From a virus: a stretch of 64,000 bases of DNA. How positions within the stretch are numbered: the stretch's first letter is position 1; the number at the start of each line of letters is the position of its first letter. The position numbers and the translations under genes are program-made. The notes beneath the pieces are model-generated. The model ran no database searches, was not told where the DNA came from, and saw only the letters and a list, made by a program, of their open reading frames with translations. This document shows positions 1 through 8,300 of the stretch, in pieces. The stretch lies in the IMG/VR virus record IMGVR_UViG_3300010224_000007; one strand, given 5' to 3'.

Positions 1-1
1 G

Positions 2-661
2 ATCCGCACCGCTGAACAGGCTGTGAAGTTCTACAAGCACGGCGGTGGCCTGCGCGTTTCCTATGAGTTCAACCGTCGCGCTCGTCTCGACCTGTTGACC
101 CCGTACCAGAACCGCATGGACCGTGAGACCGAGCGCTCGAAGGTTGCCACGGCTACCGCGATCCTGCTCAACGGTGACGGCATTAATCCTGCTGCCAGCG
201 TCGTCAACCAGTCCACGCTCGACAGCGGCGCAACCGCTGGCAAGATCAGCTTCTCCGGCCTCCTGGCTTGGCTGATTGCTCGCGCCAAGGCTGGCACGCC
301 GGTCGATACAGTGCTCGGCAACTGGGACGCCTACGTCCAGTGGCTCCTGATGTTCGCTGTTCCAACCTCGAACAACAGCCGCACTGAGGCTCAGAACCTC
401 GCCGCTGCTGGCTTCCAGATCGGCGGCGTTCCGCTCCTGACGGGCAAGGTCAACTTCGCTCTCTCCAGCGCGATGCCGGCTGGCCAGCTCCTGGGCTACT
501 CTCGCGGCGACACGATGGAAGAACTGGTCGAGGCTGGCTCCTACATCGACGAGTCCGAGCGTGCGATCCAGAACCAGTCGATCAGCTACATCAAGACCGA
601 AAACTCTGGCTACAAGCTGGCGTTCCCCGACACCCGCGAAGTCTACGATTTCGGCCACTAA
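2..661 (+). CDS. Major capsid protein, C-terminal part (gene starts before the window)
   Basis: Frame is open from the window edge. It precedes a strong terminator and the head-tail genes, and the sequence is capsid-like (e.g. ...YIKTENSGYKLAFPDTREVYDF). Assigned mainly by position. Confidence 0.7.
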   Translation: MRTAEQAVKFYKHGGGLRVSYEFNRRARLDLLTPYQNRMDRETERSKVATATAILLNGDGINPAASVVNQSTLDSGATAGKISFSGLLAWLIARAKAGTPVDTVLGNWDAYVQWLLMFAVPTSNNSRTEAQNLAAAGFQIGGVPLLTGKVNFALSSAMPAGQLLGYSRGDTMEELVEAGSYIDESERAIQNQSISYIKTENSGYKLAFPDTREVYDFGH

Positions 662-683
662 GCCGACGTAGCCACGAAACACG

Positions 684-718
684 GACCTGTCGATCAACCC
701 TGATCGGCAGGTCTTTTT
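684..718 (+). terminator. Rho-independent terminator after the capsid gene
   Basis: Stem GACCTGTCGATCA/TGATCGGCAGGTC followed by TTTTT. Confidence 0.85.
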
Positions 719-733
719 GTAGGAACCCACCCC

Positions 734-1033
734 ATGAAACTTCTCTGTGAGACTACCGGTGATTTTCAGCTCGTTGATTTCGGAAATAAAGGCCACACTA
801 TCCGAGCTTTCCGCCCCACGGTTACCCCCAACACTCCTTTTGTTTCTGCACGAGGTGCAGCGGGCCAAATCCGTGTCCTGGGTAACGTCAGCGACGAAGC
901 GACCGACGAGGAATTTGAGAAATATGTGAAGGACAGCGAGGATATGGCCCTCGCGATCAGCGCCTTCCTGGCGGCTTACCCAGTCGAGGGTAGCCCCGAA
1001 AAGCCGAAGCCATCCACTCGTAGGACGAAATAA
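734..1033 (+). CDS. Hypothetical virion/head-associated protein (99 aa)
   Basis: AGGA RBS, TAATG coupling to the next gene, position after capsid. Confidence 0.6.
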   Translation: MKLLCETTGDFQLVDFGNKGHTIRAFRPTVTPNTPFVSARGAAGQIRVLGNVSDEATDEEFEKYVKDSEDMALAISAFLAAYPVEGSPEKPKPSTRRTK

Positions 1034-1755
1034 TGGATTACATCAGCGGGACCGACGTTTGGTTTTCTCACCTGTTCATCCACGACGGTGAGCCCTTCAT
1101 CCCAGACGTGGGTTCGGTCAAGTACACCGTGCTCGACCACGCCGGCGCTCCGATCGCCGGCCTCGCTGATGTTGCTGTCACGACCGACGTGACGACCTTC
1201 CAGATTGGCTTCACCATCCCGGCTGTGAACAATACCGTCGCGGCCGGTAAGCGCTTCGAGCGTCGAACCGTTCTCATTCAGTATCTGCGGGCGGGAGCTG
1301 CAAACCGCACCGTCAAGGCCTACCGTCTGGTTCCTATCCTGAACCACTCGGTAGAGCCTCAACATGTCCGTTCGTTCATCGGTCTCCAGCAGAAAGAGCT
1401 GCCAGACGCCGAGATTGACCTCCTGGCGGCGTATCTCTATGTCGAGAAGGATTTCACTTCTGCATCGCTCGACGCGCTCCTGGCCTCTGGTACGACCCAG
1501 GAGCTTGCTGCCAACGAATGCATCAAGCTGCGTGCCGTGCTCGCCGTGCTCCCCTCGGTCAAGCAGCGCATGGCCCAGAAGGAAACCAACGGCGTTATCG
1601 GCTTCGAACGCCCAACGGTGGTCAACTTTGACGACGTCGAGCGCATCGCCAATGAGCGCTACGCCGCTGCTCGCGTCGAAGCTCTCAACCTGACTGACAC
1701 GGTCGTTTCCTTCATCCTGACCACGACGGACGCCGATCCCATCACGGGAGCCTAA
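1033..1755 (+). CDS. Putative head-tail adaptor (240 aa)
   Basis: Position in the connector block; C-terminal helical region (LPDAEIDLLAAYLYVE...) is adaptor-like. Confidence 0.5.
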   Translation: MDYISGTDVWFSHLFIHDGEPFIPDVGSVKYTVLDHAGAPIAGLADVAVTTDVTTFQIGFTIPAVNNTVAAGKRFERRTVLIQYLRAGAANRTVKAYRLVPILNHSVEPQHVRSFIGLQQKELPDAEIDLLAAYLYVEKDFTSASLDALLASGTTQELAANECIKLRAVLAVLPSVKQRMAQKETNGVIGFERPTVVNFDDVERIANERYAAARVEALNLTDTVVSFILTTTDADPITGA

Positions 1756-1757
1756 TC

Positions 1758-2306
1758 ATGACCATCAGCCTCGCCAATGCCGGCCAGCGCTTCGAGAGCA
1801 TGCTGAAGACCGACCAGGGATTCCCGTTCCCTGGCGTCATCATGCCGCTGACCGAAGGTTCGGTCCCGTCCTACGACTACTCCGTTCCCCGCCACTATCT
1901 GCGGCTACGCTACACGTCGCCGATCAACACTGGCTCCGTCATCGTCGATAGCGCCGGCCACCGGTATCTGCTGGCCGATCACGACACCGCCTTTGCCGAT
2001 GGCGAGACCCTCTATCGCAGCCACAAGCTCTTCCGGATGAACAAGCTCTTCAGCTGGGAGCGCGAGGACACCATCGTCGATGCACTGACCGGGCTGGCTA
2101 AAGGCACTGGCCGCGTGTCGTTGGGGCAGATCTGGGTTGGCGACGAGATCGAGGCCCGCGAAGATATCGACCTGACCTTCCGTGTGAAGGAACAGGCCCG
2201 CAAGATCATCACGGGTGCTGACATCCGCGAAAATGATATCCTGAACGATATGATCGTTCGTCGGATCGACGAGGTCATGGGTATCAAGCTGGTGGAGATC
2301 CAGTAG
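1758..2306 (+). CDS. Putative head closure/stopper protein (182 aa)
   Basis: Synteny, tight gene packing, beta-rich sequence. Confidence 0.45.
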   Translation: MTISLANAGQRFESMLKTDQGFPFPGVIMPLTEGSVPSYDYSVPRHYLRLRYTSPINTGSVIVDSAGHRYLLADHDTAFADGETLYRSHKLFRMNKLFSWEREDTIVDALTGLAKGTGRVSLGQIWVGDEIEAREDIDLTFRVKEQARKIITGADIRENDILNDMIVRRIDEVMGIKLVEIQ

Positions 2307-3109
2307 TGAGCAAGCTCCGCATCCGTCTGGGCGACAAGGACAGTGCCGAGAAGATCGCGGACGATATCCTGCAGGAAATCCTTGATCAGGCTCGGCACAG
2401 CAAGAAGGTCGACCGTAAGGCATTGACCGCCCCGCTTCGCACCGCGATCCGCGAGGGGTATGTCCAGGGCGTCAACTGGGCGATCAAGAACATGATTGGT
2501 GTGACCGCACCACGCGGCATCGGCACCGAGAAGCAGTTCAACAGCTTCGGCACGACGATCTCAAAAGACGAGGGGGGCATCGCGCCGCCGAGAGGTCCGC
2601 TGATGTGGGAGACACTCGCCAACAGCACCCTCAACCGCAAGATGGAAAGCGGCAAGAGCTATAAGGACGCAGCCTCCTTCTTCGTCGACACTGGCAAACT
2701 GCGCAGCAAGCTCCAGCGCATGGTCCGTGGCATGGTCAACAATACAGGTGTCGTTGCCATCCGCTCGGACGAGCGACGTGTGAAGGAGCTGAACACCAAG
2801 ACCGGCCGGCTCCGCATCGTTCGCCAGCGCCGTGACAAGGTTGCTCTCGACGATATCACGATCACCCTGTTGCCACGGGTGCCGTTGACACTGCTACCGG
2901 GAATTCAGGCACGTCACTTTGGGGTGACAGACCCTGACCAGGGCTTCGAGCAATTGCTCATCAGCGATCCAGAGGTGCTCGAAAAATTGAAGGGGCCGGG
3001 TGGAGGCCACGCAGCGCAAAGACCCTTGCTCCAGCCAATCTTCACTTACTGGACCCTGTATCAAATCCCCAACGCCATCCAGAAGACAATCCGGAAAGTC
3101 CTGAAATGA
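2306..3109 (+). CDS. Putative neck/tail completion protein (267 aa)
   Basis: Basic protein with FFVDTGKLR motif typical of HK97 gp10-like neck proteins; synteny. Confidence 0.45.
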   Translation: MSKLRIRLGDKDSAEKIADDILQEILDQARHSKKVDRKALTAPLRTAIREGYVQGVNWAIKNMIGVTAPRGIGTEKQFNSFGTTISKDEGGIAPPRGPLMWETLANSTLNRKMESGKSYKDAASFFVDTGKLRSKLQRMVRGMVNNTGVVAIRSDERRVKELNTKTGRLRIVRQRRDKVALDDITITLLPRVPLTLLPGIQARHFGVTDPDQGFEQLLISDPEVLEKLKGPGGGHAAQRPLLQPIFTYWTLYQIPNAIQKTIRKVLK

Positions 3110-3558
3110 TCTACGAAAATGCCTGGGCATCTGTTGTCGTGTTCGCGCAGCAGATCGTCGCTGAGGCCAAAGCTGCAAACCCTGGCGTGCCGATCGAGTT
3201 CTGTGATTGGGACACGCACGCGAACATGATGGAATTGCCCAATGCTGACCTGATTGGCCCGCTGAGCCTTGCCGTGACAGAACACAGCCAGGATATGATC
3301 GGTGTGAGCTTCGCGATCGGTGTGTCGACATATGCGTCAGACAAGAACCTGTTCCGGCAGCGCGACTATATCGCTCGCGCCTTTGAGAAGATGAAGGCTC
3401 AGAGCCGGATAACGTATTACGACGCCAAGCTGGCGTCGGTAGAAAGCGTGCTGGTCATGACGAACGGTACGGTCGCCACTCCGATGTCTAAGGCTGAAGT
3501 TCGCCCGTGGCAGTATGTCCAGGGTGAGGCGCTTCTTGTTCCTGTAGGAGAGGCTTGA
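3106..3558 (+). CDS. Putative tail terminator (150 aa)
   Basis: ATGA overlap; last connector gene before the major tail protein. Confidence 0.45.
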   Translation: MIYENAWASVVVFAQQIVAEAKAANPGVPIEFCDWDTHANMMELPNADLIGPLSLAVTEHSQDMIGVSFAIGVSTYASDKNLFRQRDYIARAFEKMKAQSRITYYDAKLASVESVLVMTNGTVATPMSKAEVRPWQYVQGEALLVPVGEA

Positions 3559-3736
3559 GGCCTCCCTGCGCGAGCAGCAAAGTGCGAAGGATTTGCTGAT
3601 TTCCTTCGATCTCTCCCGCCAAAGCGCACTCAAGAAGGTAGACCACTTCTCCACTTAGACTGCGTCGGTTAAACTCGGCGCGGTTCTGGAGGACTTTGTA
3701 GAGGTCGGGCGGGAATGTAATTGTCGAGCGAACCAT
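3488..3736 (-). CDS. Arc-like ribbon-helix-helix DNA-binding protein
   Basis: MVRSTITFPPDLYKVLQNRAEFNRRSLSGEVVYLLE matches the Arc pattern (beta strand, helix, R..RSL..E). Confidence 0.75.
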   Translation of the reverse strand: MVRSTITFPPDLYKVLQNRAEFNRRSLSGEVVYLLECALAGEIEGNQQILRTLLLAQGGLKPLLQEQEAPHPGHTATGELQP

Positions 3737-3828
3737 AACTCACCGTTCTGATGCAGGCATTATTTCACAATATGGGGTCTCGTTTCTATTTAACAAGTAC
3801 CGAAACACTATGTTAAAGGAAGCCATTC

Positions 3829-4629
3829 ATGCCCGCTCCCGGCGTTGCAAAGACTAACAAGTTTCTCCTGTCCACTGCGACCGTCATGATCGGTGCAATG
3901 GCCGACCTTCACAAGCTCAATCCGACCGAACACTCTATCGGTCTGGTGAAGAATTTCCAGGTCACGTCTGACCCCGGCTACCTTGATCTTGGTCAGGGCA
4001 TTACCAATCAGGTCGTGATGTCCGTCAAGAACCAGGATGGCATCAAGGCGTCCATGGAAGTGTACGAGTTCACCCTTCGCAACTTGGCTTATGGTGCGGG
4101 TCTCGACGGTTCCGGCACGTCCTTCGACGTAATGCCGAACCCGTGGGCCGTCAGCGCAGCGTCGACCTCGACAAGCATCAAAACGGGTGTGGACATCACG
4201 GCTGACCTTGACGCTGGCGACTTCATCTTCATCCAGAAGGGTGTTGAAGATGTTGTGCATATCGCGAAGGTTGACACTGTCGCATTCGCTACCAGCGAGT
4301 CCACGGTTACGCTGGAAACGGGTTTCGAGATCCCAACTGGTATGAGCTTCAACGTCGGCGACCGCTTCGGCAAGATCAAGAAGCTGGCCATCGGCGGCGA
4401 CGTATTCCAGCCGACACTCGCGGCCAAGGTCGTGGGTCTGCTCCCAGGCGACAACACGCCGTTCACGATCCTGTTCCCGAAGCTGAAGATCACCAAGGGT
4501 CTCGGCGTCTCGATGCAGGCCGACAACTATTCGAACCTGCCGTTCGAATTCACGCCGTATGCTGGCATCTCCGGTGAGCCTTTCTATGACGAGTATGGCA
4601 GCTCGTCCATGGTCCTCTTCCCGCGCTAA
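3829..4629 (+). CDS. Major tail protein (266 aa)
   Basis: AAGGAAG RBS; followed by a terminator and then chaperone and tape measure genes; tail-tube-like composition. Confidence 0.75.
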   Translation: MPAPGVAKTNKFLLSTATVMIGAMADLHKLNPTEHSIGLVKNFQVTSDPGYLDLGQGITNQVVMSVKNQDGIKASMEVYEFTLRNLAYGAGLDGSGTSFDVMPNPWAVSAASTSTSIKTGVDITADLDAGDFIFIQKGVEDVVHIAKVDTVAFATSESTVTLETGFEIPTGMSFNVGDRFGKIKKLAIGGDVFQPTLAAKVVGLLPGDNTPFTILFPKLKITKGLGVSMQADNYSNLPFEFTPYAGISGEPFYDEYGSSSMVLFPR

Positions 4630-4651
4630 GGTCTCGCCGACCTTGCAAACT

Positions 4652-4687
4652 AGCGTCCCAGATACAATATATCTGGGACGCTTTTTT
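4652..4687 (+). terminator. Rho-independent terminator after the major tail gene
   Basis: 13-bp stem AGCGTCCCAGATA/TATCTGGGACGCT plus T run. Confidence 0.85.
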
Positions 4688-4719
4688 GTTTCACCACTAT
4701 GCGGGAAAATAACAAATCC

Positions 4720-5124
4720 ATGAGCAACACTCTCTCGGATAAGCTCTCCATCACTGTCGATGAGAACGAGCGAGAACTCTTCATGTCATTCGGTCTTCTG
4801 AACGAACTGACCACTATCATCGGCGACCCGGCGCGTGTCAGCGCGGTAGCTGTTGATCCGGAACTTCGCACCGAAGTCCTTTGCGCCGCCCTGGCCGAGC
4901 GCAAGCGCTCCGGCAAGATCATCAAGGCCGTTGATTTTGATGATCTCGATATCTCTGTCGAGGACGTGGAGAACGTCATCAGCTGGGTGATGGAGCACTC
5001 CCTGTCTTTTTTCGTCCGGTCTCTCCGGAAGGTGGTGGATCTGACAAAGGCCCATCAGGGAGAGATGACGGACCTCGCGTCTTCCTTAGCTGGGTCACCA
5101 AGCTCACCTTCGAGCGCAGCATAA
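4720..5124 (+). CDS. Tail assembly chaperone (gpG-like)
   Basis: Lies between the major tail and tape measure genes; contains an in-frame slippery heptamer T TTT TTC at 5007-5013. Confidence 0.75.
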   Translation: MSNTLSDKLSITVDENERELFMSFGLLNELTTIIGDPARVSAVAVDPELRTEVLCAALAERKRSGKIIKAVDFDDLDISVEDVENVISWVMEHSLSFFVRSLRKVVDLTKAHQGEMTDLASSLAGSPSSPSSAA

Positions 5125-5387
5125 TTTGGGTGCTGGGCGTCAAGCCGAGTGCTCTCGACGAAGTCTTTTGGACGCACTCCTACCGAGACCTTGAAACCCT
5201 CGTGGCACTCAAGACCGAATATGAAGTCGCCGTCCGATTTCAAGAATACGAAAGCCTTCGGCTCGCCATTGCCGAGGCACTTGGCGGAACCACTAGCGAC
5301 TCATCCGAACCCGAAGAGCAGCCGGTCACCACCAGGGAACAGTTGATGGCAGCGTTCGGCGCAGTAGGAGGTATGATTGGCCAATGA
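5007..5387 (+). CDS. Tail assembly chaperone -1 frameshift extension (gpGT-like)
   Basis: The -1 frame is open from about 4944 to 5387 and reads FRPVSPEGGGSDKGPSGRDDGPRVFLSWVTKLTFERSIIWVLG... Confidence 0.7.
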   Translation, partial: FFRPVSPEGGGSDKGPSGRDDGPRVFLSWVTKLTFERSIIWVLGVKPSALDEVFWTHSYRDLETLVALKTEYEVAVRFQEYESLRLAIAEALGGTTSDSSEPEEQPVTTREQLMAAFGAVGGMIGQ

Positions 5388-8300
5388 CACTGAAGTCGAT
5401 ATCGGTTTAGAACTCGATATCAGTCAGGCACTGGAGGACATCAAAACACTTCAAAATGAGGTCAAGGGTGTACTAGCCAATCTCCAGCTCTCCAAGAGCG
5501 TCATCCAGCAGCGGATCACCGATCAGACCAGGGACTTGAACAATCTCCTGGGCACCATGAAGAAGGGCAGCGATGAATACCTCGCTGTCCTTCGTCGTAT
5601 TGAGGGGGTCAAAGACCGCGTCATTGCATCGTCGTCGAAGGGTGACACTGATCGCCGGCTCGACGAAGCAGCCATGCAGCGACTGGCTGCTGAACAGTTT
5701 ACCAAGACCAGCAAGGCTCTTGAAGACAAGCTCACCGATCAGGCCGTCCGGACCTTTTCGCTCGCTCTGCGCAACTCGGCCGCTGCGGTTGATGCTCGCC
5801 TGAAGAACGAGATCCGCAAGATCCAGACGATGATCCAGCAGAATGATGCGGATTATCAGAACATCCTCGGCAACAAGAATGCGTTCAACACGCAGCGGAT
5901 GTTCCAGATCTACGGCAACCCGGAACTCCTGGCCGCTCGCACCAATCTCAACCATTTCGCCGATCAGAAGACCATCCGCGACGGTCAGGATATTGACCTT
6001 CAGCATGCTCGCCTGAACCAGGAAGAGCTGCGCAACATTCAGTTGAAGTCCCGCTTCCTGGACGAGGAAGGCATCACGATCGAGCAGCAGCTCCGCGAGC
6101 AGGCGGAAATCCGCCGCCGTTATCGTGCCGAGAACTTCATCGATCCGTTCGAAAAGAAGGCGCAGGACGCCCGCCTGAAGGCAGCGAAGGAAGCTGCGGA
6201 AGCCGCCGACGCCGAATACAACGCTGCTCGCGCCAAGCTCAACAGCTACAACAAGCAGCGGACGATTGACCGTTCGCAAAACATCGACCGCTATGGTAAT
6301 CCGAACGCACCGACGCCAGATCGCGATCCTTTCCAGACGACGTTCGATCGCCTGAACAGCAACGGCGGCACCGATATTGCTGCCGTCCAGGCACGCCTGA
6401 TGGCCAACTATGCCGTTATCAATGCTCTGTTCTCTACACTTCGTGAAGGTGCAACCTTCATCGTCGAGTTCGACAAGGAGCTGCACCAGATCCAGGCCAT
6501 TGCCGGCGCGACCACGGCCGAGCTTGGCAAGTTTCGCGACATCATCATCGACATCGCTGATTCCCCGCAGCCGTTCTCGGCGCTCGAACTGGCCCAGGCA
6601 TCGACCACGCTGGCCCAGGCTGGTCTGTCGATCAAGGAAGTCGGCGAGTCCCTGAAAGCCGTCGATCTGCTCGCCACGGCATCCGGCTCCGATCTTGCCC
6701 AGAGTGTCGATGTCATCACGTCGGCGCTGTCTATCTGGAACCTCCGCACGGACCAGACCGTCGAGATCGCCAACACCATGACGGCGGCGCTGAACGAGAG
6801 CAAGCTCTCGATCGATCGCATCGCGCTCGCCCTGCAGTATGCAGGCAACACTGCAGCTGAAACCGGCATCAGCTACAAGGAATTGCTGGCCGTCGTTGGC
6901 ACGCTCTCGAATGCAGGCGTCAAGTCCGGTTCAACGCTCGGCACCGGCGTCCGTCAGCTTATCATAGATCTGACCACGCCAACGAAAAAGCTGCAGGAAG
7001 CCCTGAAGTCGGTCGGCTTGACCGAAGAAGACATCGATATCAAGTCCAAGGGTCTTGTCGGCGTTCTGCGGACGTTGCATAACGCCGGCTTCGATACCTC
7101 CAAGGCCTTCGAAAGCCTGGAAGTCCGCGCTGCCTCGGCGTTTGCCGCCCTCGATCGTAACCTCGACTCCATATCTGCGATGCAGACTGGTTTCACGAAC
7201 ACCAACGCAGCGGTCGAAGCCAACGCAGCCCAGATGGAATCTCTGGCCAACAAGTGGGGCCGGTTCACCTCAACCGCTGGCACCTCGGCATATACGGCAT
7301 TCTCCCCGGCGCTCGATGTCCTGAAGGATATCGTGGACATGGCGACCGCCGTGCTGTCCACGCTTGGTCAGTTCCCAGCCTTGTTGAAGATCATCGGCAC
7401 CGGCTTCGCTGCCATCTCTACCTCCATCGCGTTCAACCTCGCGATTAGCAACATCGTCGGCATGGTCAAGGCCGTTTGGAACTTGGTCACCGCTACCAGG
7501 GCTGCGGAAGAAGCCCAGATTGCATTCAATCTGGCCACCATGCGCAACCCGTATGTCGCCGCCGCTACAGTGATCCTGACCCTGGTCACGGCAGTGTGGG
7601 CTTTTCACTCGTCGACCTCAGCAGCCGCCGACGCCGTCGAGGCATTGAAGACCAAAATTCATGATCTTGATGCGGAGATTGGCACCACGCAGCAGACGAT
7701 CACCAGTCTGTCGGAAGTCCAGGAGCAGCTCATCGCCCAGAAGGAGCAGCTCGATCAAGACCCGATCCTCCGCAAGGCGAAGATCGCCGAGATCATCGAC
7801 CAGTTTAAGGAACTCGGCCGCGAGATCGATTCGTCCACCAGCTCGGTCGACAAGCTAAGCGCGGCCATCGAGCGGATGTCGAAGGTCCAGCGCCAAACTC
7901 TGGTCAACCAGCTCGAACTCCAGAAGTCCTTGCAGGAAAGCGCGAACCGCGAAGCAGAGCGGAGCCTCAACGCTACTCTTGGCGATAAGTCTGTGATCAG
8001 CAAGTTCAGCGCCGCTGGTCTGCCGTTGGAGAGCAAGCCGGGTGCTAACCCGGCTGATCTACTGATCGATGCATATAAGAGGGTGTTGCCTGACACCTTC
8101 GATAACCTGCCGGCGATGCTCTTGAACAAGACTCCACTCCAGGGACTTGAAAAGAACAAGGGTGACCTCGCCGCACTTGGCACTGCGATCAACAATGCCA
8201 AGAAGGTACTGGAAACCTCGACGAACATTGACGAGCGTGGCAAAGCGCAGCAGCTGGTTGATACGATGACGATCCTGGCGGATCGCCTGAAGGAAGTCAT

